A DNA stretch of 64,000 nt, taken from Lepidodermella squamata (Eukaryota > Animalia > Gastrotricha). The stretch lies in contig JBLDXI010000054.1 in NCBI GenBank assembly GCA_047495785.1, positions 3,348,001 through 3,412,000 on the forward strand, read 5' to 3'. The position numbers were made by a program, and so were the translations under genes. Shown here one piece after another: positions 1-10,600 of the stretch (position 1 is its first letter; the number at the start of each line of letters is the position of its first letter). The notes below the pieces were generated by a model. The model made no database searches. It was not told the origin of the DNA and was given only the letters and a program-made list of their open reading frames with translations.

Positions 1-1075
1 GACATCAGAACCTGTCACAGATGAAGCTACTACCACCGTCGAGCCTACGACTGGAGAACCTGTCACAGATGAAGCTACTACCTCCACCGAGCCAGCGACA
101 TCAGAACCTGTCACTGATGAAGCTACTACCACCACCGAGCCAGCGACTGGAGAACCTGTCACAGATGAAGCTACTACCACGGTCGAGCCAGCGACATCAG
201 AACCTGTCACAGATGAAGCTACTACCACCGTCGAGCCAGCGACTGGAGAACCTGTCACAGATGAAGCTACTACCACGGTCGAGCCAGCGACGGGAGAACC
301 TGTCACAGATGAAGCTACTACCACCACCGAGCCAGCGACATCAGAACCTGTCACAGATGAAGCTACTACCACCGTCGAGCCAGCGACTGGAGAACCTGTC
401 ACAGATGAAGCTACTACCACCACCGAGCCAGCGACTGGAGAACCTGTCACAGATGAAGCTACTACCACGGTCGAGCCAGCGACTGGAGAACCTGTCACAG
501 ATGAAGCTACTACCACCACCGAGCCAGCGACATCAGAACCTGTCACTGATGAAGCTACTACCACCACCGAGCCAGCGACTGGAGAACCAGTCACTGATGA
601 AGCTACTACCACCGTCGAGCCAGCGACTGGAGAACCTGTCACAGATGAAGCTACTACCACCGTCGAGCCAGCGACGGGAGAACCTGTCACAGATGAAGCT
701 ACTACCACCACCGAGCCAGCGACTGGAGAACCTGTCACTGATGAAGCTACTACCACCACCGAGCCAGCGACTGGAGAACCAGTCACTGATGAAGCTACTA
801 CCACCGTCGAGCCAGCGACTGGAGAACCTGTCACAGATGAAGCTACTACCACCGTCGAGCCAGCGACGGGAGAACCTGTCACAGATGAAGCTACTACCAC
901 CGTCGAGCCAGCGACGGGAGAACCAGTCACAGATGAAGCTACTACCACCACCGAGCCAGCGACTGGAGAACCTGTCACTGATGAAGCTACTAGCACCGTC
1001 GAGCCAGCGACTGGAGAACCTGTCACTGATGAAGCTACTACCACCGTCGAGCCAGCGACATCAGAACCAGCAACG
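1..1075 (+). repeat. 48-bp coding tandem repeat, about 22 copies, 16-aa unit EPVTDEATTT(V/T)EPAT(G/S)
   Basis: ATGAAGCTAC recurs at 21, 69, 117 ... 1029 (period 48). Confidence 0.97.
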
Positions 1076-3630
1076 ACAACTGAAGCTGCGACAACGGAGC
1101 CTACAACTGCTGGCTCAACGACATCTCTCCCGAAAGTTGCATTACGTTAGTTCTCTTTTTCTTTTTCACGTGCCGCACTTAGTGATCGACTCAGCTCACC
1201 TGAATATTTGCTTTTTAATCGTATGCCTACCGTACTGCCCGGAACAACAACCATGACATTTGTTTTTTTCAAACGTTGATGAACCCCTGACATTTAAAAG
1301 GGACTGACATTAATTTCGGGCCTGACATTTATTTATTCGAACCAACTAGTAACTTGCCCAAGTACCAAAATTGCATACATTTTCCTGGGATTCTACGTAT
1401 TTTGACCCAAAAAATTGGCCCCTTACCTTTCTATGGGCCATGAGTAGAAATTATTTCCATTCAGAATGGCTATAATGATCTCATTAGTGATTTTCAGTAC
1501 TGTCCCCGCCGTTGACCTGACATTTATTTCGGGCCTGACATTTATTTTTTCGAACGACCTCTAACCTCTGACATTTATTTGAGGCTGCCATTTATTCTAG
1601 GCTGACATTATTCTCGGGCAGTACGGTATTTTTAGAACCTCAAGTCTTTCGCAATCTCTCATTTTCCTTCCCGATCTTTTTCGGTGTGTTATTTCGGCCT
1701 ATTCAATCAAAGGCTTGAATATTTTAAGAAAAATGTTGAGCCCAGAACCTTTGTCGCGTTTGTAAAATTGATAAGCCATATTCTCTGATCTTTTTGGACT
1801 ACCGCGACGCACACTCTTTAACAAAAAGTTCATTGACCGACGTATCGGTTAATTGTTTAATCACAACCTCTTTCAGGGCATAAGCATAATTAACTTAATT
1901 TGGAATGTTGCAGAAAATTATTGAAGCTAAGCACTAAACTGATTGATTCTCCAATGCCGTGGAAACGATTGTGCCTAAGCAACTGAAACTACCACCAATC
2001 ACTTTTTCGTTAACGAGTGTGCGTCGCGGTAGTCCAAAAAGATCAGCGAATATGGCTTATTAATTTTACACACGCGAAAAAGGTTCTGGGCTCAACATTA
2101 TTGTTAAAATATTTAGGCCTTTGATTGAAGCCTGAAGGATCAATAATCGATGGTATTGACTCAGTACCTCATCCTTATCTTCGCGTGCGACATGTTTCTA
2201 GCCCTCTAAATAAAGAATATTTATGTTGATGGAAATATCTATATTTGGCTGTTAAATGACACATTGGGTCATTTTAAGTGTTTAGCAATTAGCAACGCCT
2301 CTTCTCACAATTGTTTAACTTCTACCTAATACTACATTATTTCCTGCTGAAAGGCTGATTGTATAACTACCTTTTATAGCACATCGCAAACACCGTACTT
2401 CTTATATAAATTTCATTATTTTCATTACACTTTCCTTTTCGCTCGCCTTTCAGAGATATCCGGTTCAATGACGGCGACGCAGATCTTGATAAGCGAGTCT
2501 CCAGTCACCTGGACTGACATATCCTCAAATTCGTCTTTGATTGAACCTGCCAAGTCTTCGTTTGCCAAGGCGGTAAGCCTTAAACCTCCATCAGTTAGAA
2601 TCGTCTTTCAGCTCTATTTTTCAGATATCTACGGTATTTTCTATTGCCGCTTTAACAACAAAAGACGGCATTCTTGTTCAACAATTAAGGTATGCACACA
2701 TTAGCCTATAGGATTCAATGAGTATCCGTGATAACATAGGAGCGGCGATGCATTGGTTGCTGTTTTCGGAGCGTTGCGTTTCCGGCGTGCTGTTCGCGCG
2801 GATGGAACGTCTATAATAGCCGACTACACAGCTCAGATCACCGACTACCCGAACACGCTCAGCTCAGCTGCGGACTTGACTAAAGCAATGGATGATTTGC
2901 TGAAAGAAGCAACTGTCACTTATTCATCTAGTGACGAGTTCAAGGGCATTTTCGGCGAAGGCGCTGAAATTAGCTCATCGGTAACTAAGGTCAACAGCGT
3001 AAGCGAAACGGAGAATTCAAGCGGAGGCTTGGAGGTTTGGGAAATCATTCTAATAGCCGTTGGCGGTCTTCTGTTGGTCGCAATCATAGTTGGTGGTGTT
3101 GCCGTAGCCGTCAGAAGGTAATTCGTGAAATATTGAACCACTGCTCATGACATTTTTGTTGTATACAGGCAAAGAGGCCCGACATCGGCTGCTCGGAGCT
3201 CGCCGGTTTTGCAAGCGGATGAAGAGGCTCGAGGCGAGATGGCTGCTAGTTCTGCGCCAACGAATTACCCGGGTTATCCAGGGTCGGTGTACACAATAAA
3301 CGAACCTCTAGTCACGCAACTGACAGCGCCAACTAGCCTAGCAGCACCGCTATCTCTAGCAAGACCTTCCGTATCACCATCGGCTAATTACGGGGCGCCG
3401 GGTACGCTTTCTAGGATGCCGCGATTAGCCATCGAAGCCATGCAAGCATCACTCACCGCATCACCTCAAAGTAGCCCACTCGCCTCACCCGCTCTCAGTC
3501 CTGAAGCAACAGCAATCGCCCCGGCGGTAAATTTGAATTAAATTTATTTTGATTGTAAATTACATTTGTAATTCAACAGAATCTAACTGATGTCGATGGT
3601 GATAGTGATATCGATGTGGACTTCCTATAG
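1..3630 (+). CDS. Type I membrane mucin-like protein (Thr/Glu/Pro tandem repeat, SEA-like region, TM helix, cytoplasmic tail); 5' end lies outside the window
   Basis: The frame starting at nt 2 reads TSEPVTDEATTTVEPTTGEPVTDE... Exons <1-1145, 2454-2572, 2625-2689, 2740-3117, 3169-3526 and 3580-3630 join in phase with GT-AG ends. A SEA-like GTSIIADY segment precedes TM VWEIILIAVGGLLLVAIIVGGVAVAV-RR, and the C-terminus is NLTDVDGDSDIDVDFL*. Confidence 0.75.
1228..1628. mobile_element. Non-autonomous TA-flanked DNA transposon (MITE), Tc1/mariner-pogo(Tc2)-like, intronic
   Basis: TACCGTACTGCCCG at 1228 and its exact reverse complement CGGGCAGTACGGTA ending at 1628. Several internal CTGACATT(T)ATT copies. 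Confidence 0.8.
1702..2129. mobile_element. Fold-back/MITE element with about 128-bp imperfect terminal inverted repeats, intronic
   Basis: 1702-1828 (TTCAATCAAAGGC...GAGCCCAGAACC...TTTTGGACTACCGCGACGCACACTC) matches the reverse complement of about 2002-2129. Confidence 0.85.
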
Positions 3631-5592
3631 GCGGATGCGGAAACTGATTTTGCAATATAGATCACAGCTAACTGTCTTCGATATTGCCTAGATATTCTAT
3701 TTTAGCATGAATTCACGCTTTGCTTCCAATCAAAATTCGATTTTTTCAGAGCTTTCTTCGAGCATTATTACTTGAGGCGCCCTGCGCGCAGCTATAACTG
3801 GCATTTCAAACTGGTATTTGAGTGTCGTTTTTGAAAAACGGTGATTCGCTTTGCTATTACTTCGCTATAATTATTCAATTATTGTTTCCACTTTTGACGG
3901 GCAGTCGAAGAGTTTGAGTATAAATAAAGTTTCTAACAAGCGTTGAATTAGAACTCTGTTTTATTTGTCCGGAAAATTGTTCAAAGGTTGTCATGAGATT
4001 TTTCCGAATCATTAATTTGAACGTTTTTAAATCAAACTTGTTACAAAGGTATAAAAGCTAAATGGCGCGTTGTGAAAAATTTCGTCAGGTTTTAGCGCAA
4101 ATGAGAAAAAAAGAGATAAAACTTTACATCAAACGGATATCGACGAAGCTTCCGCGTGTATAGAAACACCACTGCTGCCGAATAAAAAACGCACGAAAAT
4201 TCAGCGCTTGATTTTAATCGTTATCATAATCAAGTTTCGATGAATTAACTAGATGAATAACAACATGTACATTCGCACGATGAGAGAGGTAACACGATGG
4301 GCATATAATATATTCGCAAGAGGTGAGAGGGCAGTTTTAATAGATTTTCACCGTTTCGTATCACATTAAGTTGACATATCATGTTATATAAATTCAAGTT
4401 GGAGAAACTAAAGGCAAATTATTACACGAATAAGGTTTCCCATAAAAAAAAGTCGCGAGAAAGAAAGAAGCAAATGGCAGAGAAAAAGTTCAAAGTTCGC
4501 ATGCTTTTTTGAAATCCACGAGCCTACGCTTCAATCATGTGAGATTCAAAGTTCAATTCCTTCCGTCATCTGTTCGTGTGTAAACAAGTTGTTTGTTGAG
4601 TCGCATAAAAAGCGAAGAAAACATGCAAATTTATTGAATCTTCAGTATTTTCCTTTCAAGATGACTAGCAAGCTCGCAAAAATTTTATGAAAATGTATAA
4701 ATTTATCGATTGGTTATGCATATAATATATCCGAGAGTTTGATCGGTCATCTACAGGCGAAAATCGGTAAAAAAAATTCAAGCTGAGGTGCGTACATTAG
4801 CTGTTGATATTACGAGTTTATATAATTGGCAGAAGTCAATGTTATCCTCACACGCAACAACGAACGGACATGTCGTAGAAAAAAGAGTAGATAATTTTCC
4901 GAAGAAAATGAGAAACATAATTGATAACCTTCTATAGAGAAAATGTGATGGTAATGCTTCGGCGTTGGCTTTCATCTTACACAATGGTGGCGCGTTCACA
5001 AAAAATCTGAGGAGAAAATGAGGTAGGAAACACACGGCGTTATCACCGGTCAGGTTAAGAATTAGAAGAGATGAAGCCCAGTAGAAGCTCAGGTTCTAGC
5101 AACATTTTTTTCAGTTTTTTTCAATAATTTTTAAGAACTGTAGATATATATATTATGTATATATTATATTCTCATAAACTTTTAAAAAAATATAGCTATA
5201 GAATAAATCTATAGCTCATCAGTGAATCTTTTCGGTAATATTTACACCACCAAATGACAGATAAATGAATTGAATGATAATTAGCAATATAGATGATTCG
5301 AAGCGGGAGATGCTTGAGGTATTAGAGCATGTGTCATCAAATTTGTGCAACCGATAAATCATCATCGACCAATGAGGCAGAGTTTTGTCAAGTTACTTGT
5401 TCCATGATGTTGTTAGTAAAGTGAAATGAAGAAAAAAATTAAACATTTTATTTATTTCGCAGGAAGAACGTTTCATATACATCAGTTTGAAATGCAGTGT
5501 TTTGTTCGTTAGTTATGAAACGATCATCCAACCGTTATGGTGAATTTATCAATATATTATAAGAATAAAGCGCGAAGAGAAGCTACATTATT

Positions 5593-7733
5593 TCAATGCC
5601 GCGCGTCCCACATTACAGATTCGGATTCTGATGATGGCGATTCAGAACATGGGCAACCTTGCGTAGATTGCGTCAGGTCAGCGGCTGTTGTTTGACACGC
5701 GACCATATTGCCGAGTTCCATGGTGCCGGATGATCGCGAGAAGTCGATCTGCAACCGAATGCCATATGATTGCGGCCGGGGTTCGTATGTTAGTGTTGCG
5801 TCTTTCTTGGGCGGCAGGACCTCATGGCCTTGGTAGGCCAGGTCGACTTCAGGAACCGGCGATGTTAGCTGCATTCGCCAACGGTATACGATCCGAACTA
5901 GGTACCTGAAATAAAAACATTTTTTTTTAAATCTAATTTCAATTTTTTTTAAGGTGGGCTTTTCTATCTATTTTTTTTGTTTCATTTTCAAGTTTCTATT
6001 TTCTTCACTTTTTCGAAGCTCTTTAATTTTTTCCGATTAAATTACCATTTAGCCAGGTAGGTAGCGAAACGCTGACCAATGCAGAGGGTACCGAATCCCA
6101 TAACGGGTTTATTTACAGGTTGGCCATTTTTTGAAAAGGTAGCGCCAATGAAGCGGTCCCACTTGAACTTGCGCGGCTCTTCGAAAATTTCCGCGTCGTA
6201 GTGATGCGCCGGCGGGTAGAAAAGAATCGACTCGCCGCGGCGCAACTCGTACGACTTGCCACTCGACGTCTTGAACGTCGCATCCTGTGTCACGCCGCGA
6301 ATGACTAGCACGCCGCTGACAAGTCGCAGTGTCTCGGTGAATATAGAGTCGAGGGCTTGCAGGCGCTCGATGTCCTCGAGCTCGAGGCACACCGTGCTTG
6401 TGACATCGTTGTTGGCCGATGTCGCGCGCCGCTGCCGCACCGTCTCGTCGATTTCTTCGAGCAGCGAGGCGTAAGCCGCCGAGTCGGACAGCGTAAATAA
6501 CAACATCCAGTAGGCCAACCGGATAGCGTTGATATGCACGTGGATGAATTCAACGTTATGCCCGATGATTTCCGAGTCTTTGTGGCCGTCGGCTAGCATC
6601 GCTTCGGTCGCCTTGCGAAGGTAACCGCAGACGCCATCATCAATCGGCATTTTAGACACCTCCGGATGTACGCGAACCATTTCTTGAAAGGACCTAGTAA
6701 CAAAATTAATTAATTAATGCGATCAATTAATTTTAAAAAAATTGCGAACTTGGCAGCAGCTGGGAACAACTTCATCGGCAAACCGAGCCATAGGAAATTG
6801 AAGTATTTCATGAATTTTCCGTAGTTAGAATAGAAGAGTAGATAGTCCTTCGAATGAAGACTTTCTTCTGATGTGTCGCCGCCCAGCAGGGTGCGGAATA
6901 CCGCCGAGAAGCCAGTGTCGATAACGAAGTCGTTGGCGTTCACCTCGGCGCTTTTTTTCATCTTATCGTAAGTAGTCATCGAATGTGTTAGATTCTCGTC
7001 GAAAAGTGTCACGGTATCGTGCATTCTCGAGGATTTGTAAAATGAAAGCAAGCGCCGCTTGTGGTCGTCAACGTTGGCTACCCGGTAGCCGAACACGTTC
7101 AGATTAACTTGATCGACGATGGGCTTGAAGTCGAACCGGGGCTCGTGGCCGAAGGCCGAGAATGAGTGAACATCAGTTAGCACGGCGATTCGGCGAAAAG
7201 TCAGGCGGATAGTAGCGATATCACCGTATTCTTGGCCGACGCGCTGAAGAAAACCGGCCGCATCTTCGGCGAATTCCTTACCATTACCCAACAAAAAGTG
7301 ACCCTTGACGTTCGGCGGACGAATAGCACCGGATACGCATTCGTTGTTACGAAGCTTGTTTGGCTTGTAATTTCGAGTCCAGTCTGAATAGGCAATTTTC
7401 CTAAAATTCGGAAAAAAAACTGAATAAATATTTTAATGGAACAATTATTCCCAACCTTTGAAGTTGCCAGAACAAAGAGAAGAGAACAATGATGATTGTC
7501 GAGAAAATGCCGTACAAAATGGCGGGAATGCTTGACAACAAGTCTGTAGAAGCGTGAAGGTGAAGATCATCGGTGGCGTCTGATGGTGATGAAGAAGAAA
7601 ACGAAGCCAACCACGATGTCAATACTGATGATGACGTTGCTTCAGTAACGTTTGATGTGTTCATACTCGACAGCAGTGACGAGGAAGATGCTAGTAGCCG
7701 TTCATCGATAGGTGGAGTAATGTTGAAGTCCAT
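5593..7733 (-). CDS. Cytochrome P450, clan 7 (CYP7/CYP8/CYP39-like), paralog A
   Basis: Exons 7733-7456, 7400-6750, 6693-6046, 5905-5593. TM anchor, Pro hinge RPPNVKGHFLLG, I-helix HVHINAIRLAYW, ETLR, PRKFKWDRF, heme motif GFGTLCIGQRFA. Confidence 0.9.
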
Positions 7734-10349
7734 AGTCGATAAATGGTTAACAGGTTAAACAGCGTTGAGGTTAAAAAATTATCAAATATTGTAAAAATTG
7801 CTAAAATTTAAAACGATAATATTGTCAAGGGTTATTCTTCAACAGAGCAAAAATTGACACAGCGACCCGCCAATTATTAATCATAAACAGCGGTTCTATA
7901 TTAGATCTTAGCCTTTCAAAGCATTTTTCGTCACAGCCACAATTGGGGCGGGGCGCACGAGCGGTTTTTGCTGAGAGCGCGTGGAAAAAGCACACACATT
8001 TTTGATACGCGCCATAAAATGTTTGTTACGCAAGATTTAAGGCGCGTTGGAAACCGAACGACACGCGTCGCCTTACGCGCCACACCCATCTTGATACAAG
8101 CCGTAACATGAGAAAAGAAAGGAAACAATAAAAGCAATGTGTGAATCAGAAAAGAATCCAACAAAATGAAGCTGAAATAACGAAAGAGGTGCTTAAAAAA
8201 GGCGAACATTGGACCCGGCTAGTCATCACGCTCGAACCCAGTTTACAAGAAAATTAATGAACTCGCACATGAAAGACAGGTGACATCACATGGTCGTTGT
8301 AAAAACAACAACTTATTTAGCGGAACGCAGAAATATTGTCGCCAGCACACGAGGCGTAATACGATCCTAATAACAACAAACTTCCGTACTACAACCGCCT
8401 TTATACTATGAAGCTACTACTTTATGCTGTAAAAACCGAGCGAAAAGTTCAAATTCTTCGCCGCTTCAAAGAATATGACAAGAAAAAATCACGAGTTATA
8501 GCCTACTAAAAATTTTATGAGACAAGTGCGTGAAAGGTCGCATGACGTAGGTGAGCTGTTTGATAACGTAAACATAATTGCGTTCGAAGCGTTTACTACG
8601 TCACATCAAGTTACCTGTTCTCATATTATCACCGCCCTTTTAAAAAGTCATAAATTGTTAATTGCAAAAATTTGAGTTGTTTACGATGCATTATTTTCGC
8701 AACTAATAAGATTAGCGTTAAGTGGCGTGTACGCCCATGTGCCAACGGAAAATAATAGGCCGATTAGTCATCACTCAGGTCAAGTCATTCTTGTATAGCT
8801 GTTTACGTTAGTTTGCTTGCCTTTATTCTGCAAATTTTGTATATTTGGCTGCACTCAAATTCGAAATTCTAGGAAGAAATCGCAGAACTTTGGTTGATCA
8901 GAAGCTAAGAATATAAGATTGCTATCTAAATGGAAGCATGGAATTATTGAAGACTTAGGATTCTTTCGAGTCTTCCTTAAAGTTCAAAAAGCTGACCAAT
9001 TTCATGTTCAAGTGGAAAGCACCTTTTTACAAGCTAGGCTGAAAGGTTCGTCACATAGGTTACTCTTCTAAGAAATAATCTGCTCTATGCAGAAATAAAT
9101 TTACATATTTTGCGACTGATGAAAGCTTCGTTATTTTATCTCGCTCGGCCTTTGACAAGTAATTGGCAAAAACGAGGCTATTTTGCGTTGCTTTGCGAGG
9201 CATCAGCAATTATGAATAAGATTTATAATTTAAATTTTCTAAAACAAACAAATAAAAAATTGTCAATTGCATTGCCAAGGTAGACGATGACGACGGCATT
9301 AACCTGTTGTTTTGACGCATATTAATCGCCTCGATAAAAAAACGTGGCCACCTGTAAAGCCACGCCTTTGGAGTTTGGAGCTTAGCCAATGGCGTCGATA
9401 CGCCGCCAAAGCGAAGGGTGAGTAATCACAACATCCGACTATGCTCGATGCTGCCTGTTGCGACCACACATACACGCTGGGCTTAAAAAATAGCCAAGGT
9501 GAATGTAAACAAGCCGTAGAAAAAAGCCCGTGCCACACCGGCGTGAATAATTTCCCGCTCATTTACGTAGATATAGCAGGTGCCACTGATGCGATGAGTT
9601 TCTTAGACAAATTTTTGGCGGCGCGCGCCGCGGAGAAAAAATGCAATAGAAGCACAGACAGGTAGTGGTTATTGAAAAATAGCCGGTCGTCAAGAAAAAA
9701 GACGGCCGTGGGCCCACTACGGGGCGCTCAGACGATCGCTAAAAAATAACAAACAGGCATACAAATAATTAAGGCTAAAAAGAAAAGAGGATAATATCAC
9801 TACTGAAAGCTAACACGAGGCTTTTTTTCGGCCATGGTAATAAAAGGCCTCGTCTTTTGTTCGGCCTCACGCCCACGCTTGTCCAGATTAAATTCGGTAA
9901 CAGGCATTAGCCTAGATTAACTCGCCAAATCGGTAAGAGAAGCCTTCTGATCCTATCTTGGATTATTTGCTCATGATAAAAAAAAAATGTAAAACCTTTA
10001 TAAAAACTAATAAATGTTGAAAATTGAAAATTTGAAATTAAATTAATAATAATCATTTATGACTACAATAAAATAAAGTTTTTTGGATTTCCGGGGAATT
10101 TGGGGTATCAAGAAAGTAAGGAATGAAACTCTTTCATGTGTGTTAGCTGGCATGTGCTATAGTTTGAGTGAAAATTGCAAATGCATCGGCGATGGCAGCT
10201 ATAAACCGAGGGCAAGTAGCGGGCAGCGTTCGCGGAAATGTTCTAGAAGCGTTCTTGCCGCAAAAGGTGACGGTTAATGATAATAATGTTTCAGGCGTCG
10301 GCTACGAAACGGACGGTTACAGTGTCTTTGTTTAACCAACGCCCGCCAT

Positions 10350-10600
10350 CACGTGGACAACGGGCGATGAACGTAAATTGAAACTAAAAACTAGCGTAGG
10401 ATATAAATTCGCACGTGCTGGCTCATTTGTGTATATATAAATACCCACAGCGCATCACGTGGCCGGTGACCCCTGTCGCAAATCAACCACGCACTTTGTC
10501 GCCTCTATTGTCAATTTAAACACTCAGGTAAGTAATACTTATACGACGTATTAAAAGCGAGAAGATTATGTATTAAAACCCGTGTTTTTAATTAACAGGT
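10350..10600 (+). promoter_or_regulatory. Candidate TATA promoter with three CACGTG E-boxes followed by a short GT-AG intron (unannotated transcript)
   Basis: CACGTG at 10350, 10412 and 10456. TATATATAAA at 10432. CAG|GTAAGT at 10528. TTTTTAATTAACAG ending at 10598. Confidence 0.35.

Noticed and set aside
1-1075. CRISPR-like periodic array
   Set aside because: The units are contiguous with no unique spacers, it is coding, and the context is eukaryotic.
21-1256. 411-aa ORF MKLLPPSS... from the ORF track
   Set aside because: It is a shadow frame of the repeat. The adjacent frame gives a typical Thr/Glu/Pro mucin and splices in phase to the SEA/TM exons.
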